A stretch of 64,000 bases of DNA, taken from assembly GCF_037042905.1 (NCBI RefSeq), contig NC_087245.1, positions 3,660,001-3,724,000 on the forward strand, read 5' to 3'. Every line of letters begins with the position of its first letter. The first letter of the stretch is position 1. The notes beneath the pieces are model-generated. The model was not told where the DNA came from and made no database searches. It was given only the letters and a program-made list of their open reading frames with translations. The translations under genes and the position numbers were made by a program. The stretch comes from Lytechinus pictus. Its lineage: Eukaryota. Shown in pieces: positions 1 to 46,620 of the stretch.

Positions 1-502
1 TCTTAGGCGGATAATTGGAGGATGGGTTTATGAAAGGGGTATCAGATTCCTCCAGTAGATTTTCAAGCAGTTATTGTTTATTTCCATGACCTTCTTCATT
101 ATAATAGATGATTTAATTATTTCATTTCCTATATCTTTCATTCCTTCATATCATCATCACATCATCCCAGCCTATGAACAGAGGAAATTAATATTGACAA
201 TGTATATCAGTTTGTGAGTTATTTCAGGAGCCATTGCTGGTTGACAATGAGTAATGATAATAAACAGTACTCTTCACAAAAATAAAGATTTGTTTGATGA
301 CTGATGTTTCCTAGTAACATCAATAAAATGAAAGTTTGGCAAAAATAGTTTGTGTTTTAGTAAGAAAATCAGTTGTAATATTTGCCATTTATATACCTCC
401 ATGCAGTATGAACCACATTGGGCATTTTTACAAGTGTATTCGTGACCAAAATCACTTTCAACTCTGAAGCAAATCAGTTTGTCCATAACCTGAACTCCCA
501 AT

Positions 503-979
503 AGGTGGTTTCAGACCGCCTCAAATTTCGTCAGTTCCAGGTATTTTCTGATCGGGAAATTTACCCCGATCAAAAAATACCAGGTAATATTGGCAATGTG
601 AAAGCAAACTACGCGTAATCTCCCCGAAAGAAAATACCCACTAAATAGTAGGTACTTGTCAAAATTACGAGAACTTTCGCGGGGATTTTTCCAAGGTCGC
701 AGGTATTTTGGCAATGTGAAAGCAATTTACGGGAACTTGTAGCCCAGCGTGTAGTTGGGCGCGGGCGCCGTGGGTGGCTGCTGAGCTAGTGATTGTGAAT
801 CTCGTGCCTTGCCTGCTTATCAGACCATACTGAACATGCTCGTAACTTCAGGAGCTTATCTCGAAGGGTATGTTTCGGGGCGGTGTGAATGCAGGAATAA
901 TTAATGGGTATTTTTTAGCCTAAAAAAGTTCTCGTAATTTAACGGGGATTCTTATGATCGAGGCGGTTTGAAACCACCT
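503..979. mobile_element. MITE, PIF/Harbinger-like
   Basis: TIRs AGGTGGTTTCAGACCGCCTC / GAGGCGGTTTGAAACCACCT; 3-bp AAT direct repeat on both flanks. Confidence 0.8.
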
Positions 980-1112
980 AATAGAAATTATACATTCAGA
1001 ATCATATTGTGTGAATTCTCTAAATGGAAGACAGAAGAAAAAGCCTAAAAATCTTATGAAACAAATGTAAAGTAGAATTGATAACTTTCAAGGTGCTATT
1101 TTTGAGAAAGAC

Positions 1113-1311
1113 ATTGCTTTTCCGGCGGCAGTGTTGTCAGCGTTGAAATCTTAACTATGGTTGAGTGTTTCAAATGTCATTATAAGGACCTATTTCATGA
1201 AACTTGGACAAAAGGTAATCAAGTATTATTGATCATTTTGACAATTTTGGGGGCATTTCCTGAAATATCATCATAATTTTGAAAGTGTATAGGTTTAGTT
1301 CATGAAACTTT
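1113..1311 (+). mobile_element. Degenerate fragment of HINE family A
   Basis: gcttttccggcggc, gaaatcttaac and ttcatgaaacttggaca..taatcaagtatt are shared with 39395-40538. Confidence 0.65.
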
Positions 1312-1375
1312 GCTCAACTCTTTATTTCCCAAATTGTCACTGTCAATGTACAGTATGAAATGTCAACATCATGAA

Positions 1376-3019
1376 TTTTTAGGTGGTCTATCTATGACAG
1401 ATCACCTCTAAATTTCGTCAGAATTTTCTTTATTATTTATTTTTAGCACCCATGTTTGTCGCCAATTTTTCTCCAAATTGGCAGAATCAATTTGGCTGAT
1501 TTTTCTGTCATATATAGAGTCTATCATAGAGACGGCATACTAAGCTTTTCAAGGTCATCTGATTACGATGACGTCATCTACGCGCCATTTTGTAAAATTC
1601 TCAATTTGATCATATCAACATAACGGATCATCAATAATCAACCATATTTACATTACATAAACTTTAGGTTAAAGGTCATCTGTCAATGTCATCAAAGGTC
1701 ATGTAAAGGTCATGACGCGCGCGTAAAAGCCAAAAAAATTCTCCAAATGGCCTATAACATTTTTTGGGTACGTTTCAAGTCATTTTAAACATTTCAAAAA
1801 TTTGCGCACGCGCACATATGCGCACGCCATAACGAAACGCAGAAACACATTTTTTAATATATCATTGCATTGATGATATAATTCTGAGCAATTTGATACC
1901 TTGATCAACCTTCTACGACCATTAATAACGAAATTAACACCCATTAAAGTTTGCAGCACGTGTGCGCGCGAGCTCTCACTACAGGCCATATATGGGCAAA
2001 AACATGTCTATTGAAAATTCACTGTAGCTCTTTAAAATAGTCCGTTGACCCCAATTTTTTTTTCATATATCGATAGAGTATGAGTTGTAGATTTGATTTC
2101 ATGTCACCATTGTCCCTCAATTTGATCATGATGTCATCAAAATTGCGCCTAAACTGAAAATTTAATTTTTTTCAAAAATGACGTCATCAAATTTATGCAA
2201 ATTTGATCATAACTCCGGAAATATTGATTGTTTTTCGCCCAGATTTCGATATTTTGTAGTTTAGAATGTACTCTTTCTCCTCAGTATCATGAATTTTCAT
2301 TTTGAAAAACGCATCATGGCGTAAAACGGCGATGAAAAGAGGCATGTCATTTTTCCTCATTTTGCGTGTAATCTCTATGGGACATGACTTTTTCATTTCT
2401 CTATTTCGTGACCTATATCTCAATTTTTTCTTGTTAGTTATCCCTGAGCTTTTAGTATGTTGTAGCTGAGATTCTTAGCTTTCGGAAATGTTGCCTTCAT
2501 TTCTCGATCAGATGCCGAGATCATGCCCGTTTTTCGCTTGCAAAATTGGATTTGTAATTCTCAAATTTCCTTACGTGTAATCTCTATGGGAACGTATGAT
2601 TCCTAATTTCCTATGGGGAATATCGTGGCTCAATGGATAACGCACTTGACTAGCGTCCTCGGGGGCGCAGGTTCGAGTCCTGGGGTGAACAAGATGATTT
2701 TTTTCCCCTTTTTTTTCTTTTTACCACCTCGTACATGATCCTTTATGACAATTAAAAGGTATAAAAGTTAAAATTTAGCAAGATAAAACAGATTATACTT
2801 TTTTCATACTTCAATTGTCATATATTAATGAGACCTTTTTCACAGTGCTTTGTCATCTCCCCTCATCTCCTGTCTTTCACAACTATTCTATCCATAATGA
2901 ACATTCCGTTGTCATCATGGTGATCATATTGATCTACATGAACATGGTGATAGTGATCATGATGCCGAGAATAAGGACAGACCACCTAATTCGTCCGCAT
3001 GACGAATTAAATTCTAGTT
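1376..3019 (+). mobile_element. Non-autonomous Helentron/Helitron-type element (HINE family B)
   Basis: T-run start, 5' palindrome aggtggtct..agatcacct, 3' sub-TIR agaccacct (2979-2987), hairpin AATTCGTC-cgcat-GACGAATT, ends CTAG-TT; CpG-rich interior. Confidence 0.7.
2615..2690 (+). other. tRNA-like Pol III promoter (SINE head or pseudo-tRNA) inside HINE B
   Basis: A box TGGCTCAATGG, B box GGTTCGAGTCC, T-run downstream; no intact acceptor stem seen. Confidence 0.55.
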
Positions 3020-5061
3020 AAGTTTATTTGCCTGCTCTAGGGCAATTCCCATTGGACATCACAACCAATAAGTTGAAATACATCAGGTTGGACAACTTCA
3101 TAATAGCCTAGGAAGTGCTTGTACAAAATAAAATTTGGATCTCGGTCAAAATGCTTTTAGTCACAACCTGAATGTGTCACCCAAAGTAACTTTGAAAATC
3201 ATATACTTGATATGCATTATTTAAGACACAGGCCTATATAGGAAAGTAGCAATTGCATTTCACTATTTCTTTGATCCCTTGTATGATTTCCCTGCACTCT
3301 ATTTAGGCATGATATCATATGATATGCAATGTATCAAAGTATACTATTTTATTATTTTATGGTACATGGTAGATTTAATTCAAAATGTGTTCCTCTTCAT
3401 TATTGATTGTGGGCAATAATCTATGCTAGGCAAACTACACCATTGGAAGATGTGAATTGGTACCCAGTGGCTTATCTTCAGATGGAGTAAAGTACTGTAA
3501 CTTAGTTTAGTCAAGTAACTCCTTGGTTTAGCGTAAGGCTCAACCTTAAGTTGACCAACTAGTATGGTACATAACATACAAGACCTATGTATTCATAGAA
3601 TCTAATTTTAAAGAAATAAGAATTTTAACATCTTGTATCCACCAGTTTTATAGCCATCCGTCATGAAGATATGCTTTATTTCCTTGAGTGGAAAGTCTGA
3701 AAATAATTTGACAGATGTCATAGTGATTCTATTTTCTAGGGGGATTGTAACCTTGGAGAGATTGCAAATATTTTGTAGGTCGAAATGCAACAGAACTAGG
3801 TATTTACTTAAAAAAATTAAAATGATTTTCGTTCAATTTCGAGTGATATTCCTTACTAAAGTTAATCATTTTGCTCTGATCTTGGAGTTCTAAAAATTGT
3901 TTCATTTTTTTGAATGCCACCAGTATTGCTTACATTTACTGCATATGAAGGTAATGGTGTGTTCATGGCCATGCTGACTTTTAATCTATTGTGTAATCAC
4001 CAAATACAATAGAACTTTCAAGAAAAAATAAGATTATGACCTTAGCAGTGATTCTCTTGTGCTTAAAAAACAAATTTGATGAGATAAATCTCCTTTCATC
4101 TTGAAATGCAATGTAATTGGATTGAATAGCTGATAGATTTGACTTTTTATCTCACATTGACAATAAAATAATAAAGTGCCCGTCAGTATTTACAAAAATG
4201 CAATAGGATGAGTTCGTCATTATCTCATGACAATAGACTTGGATATTTTACATTTCAGATAAAGATGAGAGAACAATTGAAAAAAATATGTATCATTTCT
4301 ATTTTCAGTGCTTTTGTAGATGGTGGGGAAAATATGTAATTTCTATCTTCCATGGTTTTGTGAAATGGTGATTGTCTAATTTCAATGATGAAATGAAAAA
4401 AAAACACACAAAGGAAGAGAAGCATTGCAGAAGGTAGGGTTAGTGTGTGATTCTGCGGAATGGAGGACTTGAAGGAGAGAAAGAATGATGGTAGAATGGA
4501 GAATGTAGAGGGGGAACATGAGGTTGGAGGGGACAAGAGAGAAATTGATGAGATGAAGGGAGAAAGACAGGAGAAGGGGGTGGATGGAGGGATTTCCAAT
4601 TTGAAAGAAGGGGGACAGAACGATGGAGAAAGAACAGGTTGGAAGGAAAGAGAGAGTGATTGAAGGAAGAAAGTAGATTGGAAATGAAGGAGAGGGATTC
4701 GGGTATGAGTATGGGGATGTGAAAGAAGAAAATGTGGCTCAGAGGTTGTGGTATATAGGAACCAGTGTCTTTCCTAGAGGAAGAATAGGTTTAGTCTTCT
4801 TGCTATCAATGGGAAAGGAGATCATCCAGATGCTGATGGAATCTCAGTGGTGTGGTCAAGACCAGACATTGTTAGATAGGTATCATATTTATATAGCTAT
4901 TAGTATCCGATAACAGTCAAAGTGACTGTACATGCAAGTCTACTTGAACCTTCAGACCTCATAGTCTCAACTGAAAGAGATTTATCTTTACAGTATAAAA
5001 TGGCATTAAATTTATAAGGAACTCTCATCAAGATTTATTTTTGACCAGTTGTGCCATCTCT

Positions 5062-5462
5062 AGGTGGTGCTGCACCATCCCGAGTTTGCTCAATATCGAG
5101 ATTTTAGCCCGATCCGCCCTCTTCGCGATTAATCTCGAGATTCAAGAGACCCCGTCTCCACCATCGCAAGAAGAGCGATTCCTGCTCGAGTGAGGCGTCG
5201 ATGCATTTTGGTCTGACGCCGTGAATAAATAATCCCGAGTGCGCCTGCACCTGCGAAGTAGCGCGATAATTCGTAAAATAGCACGCTATTTTGTGAATAA
5301 TCCCAAGTTGACTTGGGATTGCAATCTCGAGATTAATCCTACGAACTAGCGCGATAATTGCGTCTCCATTACAAATAATCTCGAGATTGTTCAGATCAGG
5401 ATAATTTGCCGGATCAGAAATAGCGCGCTAATTTGAAAACTCGGGATGGTGCAGACGGCCCT
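5062..5462. mobile_element. MITE, Harbinger-like
   Basis: Inverted repeat CTGCACCATCCCGAGTTT / AAACTCGGGATGGTGCAG; internal aatctcgagatt palindromes. Confidence 0.7.
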
Positions 5463-6206
5463 TTGGATATTTTTTTTAACTGTACATGGAGAGACACCAA
5501 TAAAATGATTGTCTCGATGGAATATGTAAATACAAAATGTGAATGACCCACCAAAACCTAATACTGCAGAACTGAGCAAATAATCGAAATATTGAACACA
5601 TTGTCAAGGGAGTCGTGAGAATAGATGCAACTCTTTGTTTGATTTCTATTATTTTAAACAAAGTAGAATTTCATTCAAGTACAAAAGTAATAATTTCTTT
5701 AAAAGTTACAGAAATAGTTGATACCCATGACGAGCCATGAATCTTTTCTTTGTTCACCATCTTATCTGGTTATCATTCATTTAAAAGTGTTTTACTTTGA
5801 TGCTCTATTTGTCACCTATAGAAACTGCAAACTAGTAAATCCTCCTCTATTTTCCATCCTTCTGAAAATAATCCTGACAATCTTTATCTCCTCATGCGAA
5901 CTCCATGTGTTTGTCATAAGTGATCTCCATCAAAATATCCATGAATTTATTGTAAACTATCTGTCACAGTTATACTGTATATTTCAATCTGTACTTTCTA
6001 TGTGAAGTCATTTTGTATCAGCACCCATTAATCTGGCACCATATTTCACTATTCAAGAATTTTTTTGTTCAAGCTTAAGTTCAGACTGACATCGCAATGT
6101 GTTTGTTGTACCAGAATTATATATTGGGGTTGTGGTATTCATTGACTAAATAAAACATAATTCTGATTTAGGAGTTGAGTATTATGTGATGATAAAAATA
6201 TCTTTA

Positions 6207-6683
6207 CTTCAATTCAATTCAAAATTTATTTCAATCAATCATAAAAATACAGGTATATACACATTTGACAAAAACATGGGATTAGGAGCCCCTGGAAGTT
6301 AAACAAAAAAATACTTGTAGGTGGGGCACCACCATATTACAATTAAATACAAATCAATATAAGACATACATGAAGAGTAAACAACAAATATTATTGAAAT
6401 ATGATGCAAAAAACAATGGGCTAATATAGAGGGAAAACAAACAAACAAATAATTATCATAAATCATAGTGGCCTACAATGTGCTATTGGCAAGATTTTCA
6501 TACTGAGAAAATGTTCATCTTTCAGAAGCTTTTAAAACTTATTTAGAGTTTTACTTTGTTTAATATCATTATTCAAATAATTCCATAGCTTGATTCCTCT
6601 ATACAACGTAGAGAATTTTGAGTAATTTTAGTTTTTGGAAGATACTGGTGAAGATCTGCTGAATGACGCGTAAAGTATGAATG
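6207..6683 (-). mobile_element. 5'-truncated LINE 3' end (CR1/L2-group ORF2 C-terminus, disrupted)
   Basis: Minus strand reads HSYFTRHSADLH..TK..YRGIKLWNYLNNDIKQSKTLNKF*KLLK with a frameshift and a stop; (TTGAA)n tail at about 6207-6222. Confidence 0.7.
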
Positions 6684-7375
6684 TTACTTCATCCTCTTAT
6701 ATTTTGCTTCTGAACATCAGTTTCTGTATTTGAATATCCATTTACAGAAAATATCATGAGAATTTACCCATTTTCCATGTTGTCTAACAATAATTTCAAT
6801 TTTGTACCTCCTTTGAAAAAACTATCCCATATCTCTGCATTTTTCAGACTATATTTTGTCCTTGTCATGAATGAAATGAGTCAACCAAAAATCTTGTGAA
6901 ATACACCTAAATTCAATTTCTTATATAGTTCCCAATTGACATAAAATGCTTAATATCTGTGCCAATCAGATTTCTCTGTCTTTTAAGACCAGAATTGATG
7001 ATAAATCTCATGAGAACTTTTGTCAGAACAATCATAACAAATATTGAGGATATCCCAGTGGTCAAAGTTAGGTGGTTCTCCATCGGCTTGAATTAGTTTG
7101 ATTTAGAGAATCAAGCCCAATCAGCACCCTTTGGGCTTAACATTATTTCCTTTAGCCAAAATCGTAATCGTAAGATTTCTTGCTTGTATTTGGGATATGA
7201 CATCTGGCTTCAAGTTTGAATAGCATGTAATGGAATGATGTCATTGGTCTGCCTTCATAATATTTCATCGAATAGCATGCTGTTTTGCAAAAATCCTGAG
7301 TTTGGTGAATGTTTTAAAAGTCTTTACAATAAATCATCTTTATATTGTTCTGATCATGATAATATAGACATTCAG

Positions 7376-7409
7376 GCTGATGGAGAAGGGCCAATGTTTC
7401 CAAGCATAG
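7376..7409 (+). CDS. Tentative upstream multiplexin exon (ADGEGPMFPSI-G); acceptor could instead be at 7368
   Basis: cag|GCTGAT...ATAG|gtaatg; its phase-1 end joins the phase-1 start at 10481 to give G-S-G-D-D-D. Weak polypyrimidine tract. Confidence 0.4.
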
Positions 7410-10400
7410 GTAATGGTTAACAAAACACTTCCTGCAGGGAATATTATCCACCCATGCTTGATTTTGGTAAATCATAAATGATAAAGATAGGACATTGCAC
7501 TCATATTTCAGTTGCCGTTAACGTTTTTTATGTGCCATTTTCAGTAATCTATTGGACATATTTCATTTGACTGTGTCAATGAGATACCCTTGTTCTTTTC
7601 CCTTTCCATTATCTTGATATTCTGTTTTTTCTCTTTCTTTCTTGAACCTTTACTCTTCACCTCAGCTTCTCTCTCCTTCACTTCACATTTTAGATCCACT
7701 TTTATTATCTTTTGTGCTTTACCTATTCCTCAATGCCATAAATTACAGTTTTCATACTTTCTAGTTGGTGTTTCCTGAAGCTCTTCATAAGTTACAAACA
7801 AATTTGCGACCACTCTATGTAGTACTGGTGACCCTTTCGGGGAGTGAAATCAAGAAAGGGTCGCTAGTCATTTGTGAAGTTAGGGGTAATGATGGAAATA
7901 TATCATTTTACTCATCTTGCTCCCCTGTCATCCATGCATTACCACATCTCATCCCCTTGTCAAAGTCTTCTTGCCTCTCACTCACCTGGATGCTACATAT
8001 TGTTTACTTGCTTGATCTTGTAAACACCCTCCTTACACCTTCCTTTTGTGACACCCCACATACCTAGTCCCACCCTAATGAATTCCATGTTGCATACCTG
8101 TCTCTCTACAGCATCCTGTGATCAAGACTTGATGTCATTCATTCTCCACTGAGCCAACCCTAATCCTACCCCCTTCTGATATCCCTCTTCTCAATCTTTT
8201 CACAGCTCCCAGTCGATATCCCCATGACATTGAAAACATACAATCCTTCCAGGATATTGGCTTTGTTCAGACTTCCTAAAGTGATTGTATATCTGTGAAC
8301 TTGTGGCAATGTGAACACTTAACCCGTTGGTTTTGTGGTAGACTGTGACATGGTTCTATGCAAGCTACTTTGTTTTATAAATTCGGAATATAAATCATTA
8401 TCTTGGTCTGCCCACAGTCATATTGAATGTTTTGAATATTTCAGTTTGTCAGTGTACTTTGCATTTTTTCTTTCAAGGTCATAGTCAAATAGAAAACCAG
8501 TTGCATCATTCTGTAGTCTGAATGTTTATGCGACAAATAGCATCTGTGACTGTATAAGTGGGAGGTGCTGTCTAATTGCAGTTGCAGTTGGTGTCTGCTG
8601 TTTGCATTGCACAACCCATTTGATAAATATTTTTTAATATTATATTCCCTCATATATGATGCAAAAATTATGCATATACACTGGTCTGAACATACTCAGT
8701 GTCACGCATGGTACTACTACATTCTGCTTCCCTGGGAATGTGTCCGGTTCTGTTTCATGTCAATACAAAAGAGGTAGTATAAGGGGAACAGTCATCACAA
8801 CACCAAAAGCATGGTACATTTTAGGAGAACCTTGTAAAAACTTTGCAAATCACTTTTTAAGATCTTCATTTGGTTTTTGAAAGATATTCAAATCAATTTT
8901 GAGATAAGTGTTATTTTAATTCCCCATGCATTAAACATATGCTGATAGATATAAGGGGGGGGGTATTTTGGGAATTCAGTTGCAGGTCTTTTAACACATT
9001 TCTCCAAATTTCATCTCTTTTTTATTATTGTAGATTTTTGCTTAGTCAAGTCTTTGTTGGTTTGATCGGTTTGGTTGTTTCTTTAAAGAAAATTTTCAGT
9101 ATCTATCCATCCTGAATACTATTGGTGATGTCATCACCATGGCGGATGTTCTTTGTTTATCGTGGTCTTACTCTTCTCCTGTCTGTTATTGATGCCTTAT
9201 GAAATAAATCAAATCCCAGTTGATATCTTAGACCCAAACATTCCATTCTCTAGTCTTTCTTTCCTTTATCCCTCCCCTTTGTCACTTCTGTTCTCTCACT
9301 GTCCCACCCCCCCCCCTCCTCTCCCATCCATCCCTCTCTCTCTCTCTGTTTTGTTTTCTATCTCTATCAGACCAAGTAGTTCAGATGCTCTCCTACATCG
9401 CCATATCACCATACTTCCTAAATCCCTTCTCATCTAGGTTTTCATTCACCAAAGCTATTTCCTCACCTGGAATAACTCTCCCTAAACCCTGCCTAGCTCA
9501 AAATACATTTAAGTTCCATCAGATCTTTCTGCTATATCCCATTCAAGCTTTTGTGGATTTTGTCAGAAAACATTTTTCTGTGAATATTTTCAAGATCTCA
9601 CTCTACTAGTCAAAAGTTCAGAGCCCCAGATATATGACATTGGTTGTGATAAACTGCTACTGGTAGGATATCAATACGAAGTCTCTCTATGATATTGCAA
9701 TCATCTATGTGGTGTAGAAGCAGAAATTTGAAGTTATCAATCCTGACATTTATAGATCATAATTATTTTTATATGCTAACCTCCCAAGTCTACAGACCTA
9801 GTTGTATTTTTGTAAAAGCTACAACTTTTGATTTTGCTCTGTGTTTTGAGGGGGGGGGGGGTGTAAGAAGGAAGGGGCATCTTGTATTTCAGCATTCATA
9901 TTGGTAAGTTTCTATACACATGCAGTTTTATCAACCATTGTTGGTGAGGTACAGATTTGTCATAATGCAGATAATTATGTTGTTACTTTGTGAGCTTACA
10001 AGTTCCTTCTGTTCCTGCTCGCATCACACCTCAACATCTTGTTAAAATAGATGTGGAATTCCCTTTGTTACAGTCATTTCTTTTTGAAAGAAATTCTTGT
10101 TGTCAGGAACACATGTAAACCAATTAATCATGGTCTGAAAATTCATTTTGTATTTACTTCATATTTTTCCAACTTATGCCTGTTTTGTTTGCTTATTTGT
10201 CGTCATCTATTTTGTGTTATTCAATTTGTATCATCTTTTTTGTTAGAGGCCGGCTTGGCATTTTCATGTTTTCCTCCACCATTGTATCTATAAAATTTAT
10301 GTGTATTTTAAAAGAAATATATACATGTAATTTATTGTTTGTATTTGTGTTACATTTAGGCCTATTCTTAATTCAGAAGTTTATTACATCTAATTACACG

Positions 10401-10480
10401 AGTTGTGTGAAATTTATCTCACTGTAATTATTCCCTCTCTCTCTCTCTCCCATTCTCTTTGTCTTACTATTAGTTTTCAG

Positions 10481-43161
<32,681 letters not shown>

Positions 43162-44334
43162 TATACCATTTTCTTTCCAGCAAAAAAGTTCTTTAAAATG
43201 TATCTATTCATTGAATCTCTTTGAATAAAGATGCTTAGAGATGTTATTGTATTTCCTGTAAGTGAATTGGTGATCGATGATGTATTCAAGGATGTGTAAT
43301 GAAGATATCAGCAGTTAATAGAGATGTCCTTTATTGTCCAATTTAATCAGTTTCCTTGCCCCATTTGAGCAAATTCTTCACAGTCAATCTTCTTCAGCTA
43401 GACAGTCTATGGAGTGTAAATATATGAAGAACAAAGTCTTTTACTCAAAGTAATTTTAATAACACGCTTTGAAATCTCTTGATATTTCTTTGATATTCCT
43501 ATGATAAAACTTTATGAATACAGCCAATTTTTTCTTTAACAGGATGGGTTGATGACTTTTTTACGATGTGGATGTAAACAGGAAGAATTTAGTGTGAAAT
43601 AATGTATATTTCTTGGAGTTAAGCTCAAACTTGATGTACCGTACTGGGCAAGTACTTGCTAGAGTATAAAGTGTAAATAATTATTTATGTCGCGACAAAA
43701 AAATATTTTATGACAATGAGGAAGATTTGTTATGAATAGGACAAGTGGTTATATCTTAGGAAAATCATCCAGAAATTGATGATTTTAAGAATCCTTCCAA
43801 TTGGGCCTTAGATTGTCTTCCATGTAGGTTTGTATTTAATATGAAGGTGGATGCCGCTAATAGTATACAGTGCCAGTTTTTAAGTTGAAAATTGAAATCT
43901 AATACACTTCCTGGTTTAGTATTCTAAAAGTCATATCAATATTATGAGATGACAATACTTTAGTTCATTAGAAAACATTTCAATGTGGAAAAGTAGAAAA
44001 GGATTTTTTTTTTCTCAGTGTGTGTTTTGCAAGGTTCATATACTAAAGGCAGCACAACCAAAAACATTTTGATAAGTATGACATTATCTTGATTTTTTAT
44101 ACAGTCCTTTTACTGAGGTTTATTATCTATCACTTTCATCCTGTCCGAGTTTAGATTATGCAATTATTATTCTTTAAAAAAAAAATTCTTCATTATTTTT
44201 TTATTGTATATGGTTATCAATAAGTTAAGAAAACTCACAAGAAAAATGAATTCAGACGGAAGTACAAAAATGGAACTATTATTCACCCGACAGGTTGGGG
44301 CAAATAACTTATTTTTCTCCCTTATTTGCTCATA

Positions 44335-44499
44335 CAGGTAGGCTCAAAAGTTAGTGAACCCCACTACAAAATGCACTCCATACTGAGTTTTGAATGTAGG
44401 CAACAACACTACAATGTTTGGGGAGCCAAGAGAAACAAACTTTATTGAACACTTTAAATATGTTCATTTTCTGGAGGGTTTCACTAACTTCTGAGCATG
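44335..44499. mobile_element. Tc1-like MITE in the probable collagen 3' UTR
   Basis: TA-CAGG..GCTCAAAAGTTAGTGAA.CCC / GGGTTTCACTAACTTCTGAGC..TG-TA. Confidence 0.65.
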
Positions 44500-46419
44500 T
44501 ATTCTATACTTCAGACCAAAATCCCTTGTCATGGATTTTTTTAAGTTGGTTGATTTTGTCCTCACTTTTTTTTAACTCATCAAAGAGATGTGTGATGAAG
44601 AATTGTTCTATTGTAAAGCAGTATCACACTGGTCATAGTATACTCAGGGGGGGACAGAAATGGAGAAGATTTGAACTCATCTATGAAATTGTCTTTCCTA
44701 GTAACGTTTATGTAAAATGTTTCCTATTTCAAACTGTTTATATTTATCTCTATGATGATCAATTGAAGAAATCAATAGTATCTGTGGTATTTTTGTACAG
44801 ACTAGTTAGGCATTATTTTTCTTATACATGTACTATTCTTATAATCAGTGAAAATGAGATATGGTTCTAAATTATGATGTATTTACTAAAAATTTGCAAA
44901 GTTTTAATAACTTTTTACTAGTTACTTGAAAGATCATGTCAAAGCAATTAGTATTAATTTTTGAAAGCAGGTTTCATTAATTTGAGCTTTTTATATGTAC
45001 TAATTTGCTTTCTTGTAGGATTCAAGATGAACTTGCTTTTTAGGAAAATCTGTGGATCTTATTTTACCTCAGTATGTGAAATTTACACATACCGTGCCAA
45101 ATCTAACTAATTTTGGTGCTAATTTCATATTGCAAAGATAAAAAATGCATAGCTTGTCAAGAAATATATAGTAATGAGAAAGTGAATACTACTTGCTTTT
45201 AAAGATTGTCTCTGTAAATAATTTGACTATTTTACACCAATTCCCCTTTTTAATTGTAGTTTTGCTACTATGTAGATATCTGGATATGAAATGTTGCTGT
45301 AGGTATTAAACACAATTTTGAAAGTCAAAAGCTAATCTGGTGCTATATTTATATTGAAATTACAAATATTTGTGCTCAAACATTTATTTCTAGCTTTTGT
45401 TTCATTTTACCCCTTTTTATCAACTTGCATATTCATTTATAAAAGTACATGTAGTTTTCGTACATGTATGAGTAGTGTAAACTCGCCTGCTTCCTGCCTT
45501 GTACTAGTTGGTAGGCAAGTAGTCAAGCAATTCATGGAAATACAATCTTTCAAACTCAAATGTGTAAGGCAATTATGATTATTTGCAAGTTGGGGGGGAA
45601 CATAAACAAAAGAAATATCATTGTTTTGCCTCCTGTAAAAGGACTGAAATTACCCTTACTCTTTTCAAGCCACAGTTCGATGTTGTTTTACCATTGTCTT
45701 TATCGACTCCTGTATATTTATCTCAGGCACAAAAGAAATATGCTGCATTTAACACTCACTACTCAGTTGCAATCTTGGTGATTTTGCAAAGCTGATGGAA
45801 AATCCTACTTTATTCCTTGACATTTTTATATTGTTTTTAGGCTATTTCAATACTGCATTCATAGATATAAGCCAATAAAATGTATTATTTTGGCACCAAA
45901 GCTTTGCCTTTAGAAATGAGTCTGTAACAATTTTGCTTTTGCTGCATTAAGCAATAAGGCTATCATTGGGAAATCTTAGGAACTATTTGAGATTGACAGA
46001 CTTTTCATGAATTATTTTATGCAAAGACATGGCAGGCTTTGTTCTCCCCCCCCCCCTTTTGTTTAGAACATTTCTTTTCACCTCATCTCGCGAATAAAAT
46101 TGTTGGATGCTAGGCTTTTAGTTTATTGTTTTGTTAAAAGTATTTTGTACAAATCATGCTTGCCAGGTGCCTAGGCTTACTCTACAATTTTGTTTTTTTA
46201 TACAACTCATTAGTGCCGTTTATGTTTGAATGTAAATGAGTTTTTTTATTTGTTATGTTCGTATCTTATTTATGAAACATTTAGGAATTTTGTAGATATT
46301 TGTTTTATCAATAATGTCAAGATTTAATTTGCAGATGATCTTTTGACCATTTATCCCTACGGAGTCAGTATGATTTTCAGATTACATTTAAATCAAGTAG
46401 AAGTCCCAAACGATTATTA

Positions 46420-46620
46420 TTTGTTTGGCGTCACCTGTGTCTGGGAGGCGAAAAGCAAACTATCACCATGACCCGTAGGTCTCTCCTCCCGATATAACTG
46501 ATTGGTGGAGTGCAGGTGGACCACTACACCTGGGTTTCCCCCTACTCATATACGAATAGTGAAGTGGGTTCTTAACGTGCAAAGGTGGTGACTCTACTCT
46601 ACACGGGGCCTCCATATAAT
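46420..46620 (-). mobile_element. SINE fragment with a conserved metazoan-type central core
   Basis: GC-richer block with cccctactc..cgaatagtg..gtgggttcttaacgt, recalled from marine-invertebrate SINEs and not verified by search. Confidence 0.45.

Noticed and set aside
2615..2690. Functional tRNA gene
   Set aside because: A and B boxes are present, but I could not fold a complete cloverleaf and it lies inside a repeat.
4255..4720. ORFs of 114 aa (-) and 67 aa (+) in a purine-rich tract
   Set aside because: Low-complexity GA-rich sequence with no recognisable domain or convincing splice sites.
1..7367. Signal peptide or TSPN/laminin-G exons of the multiplexin
   Set aside because: No convincing exon found; the region reads as repeat-rich intron.
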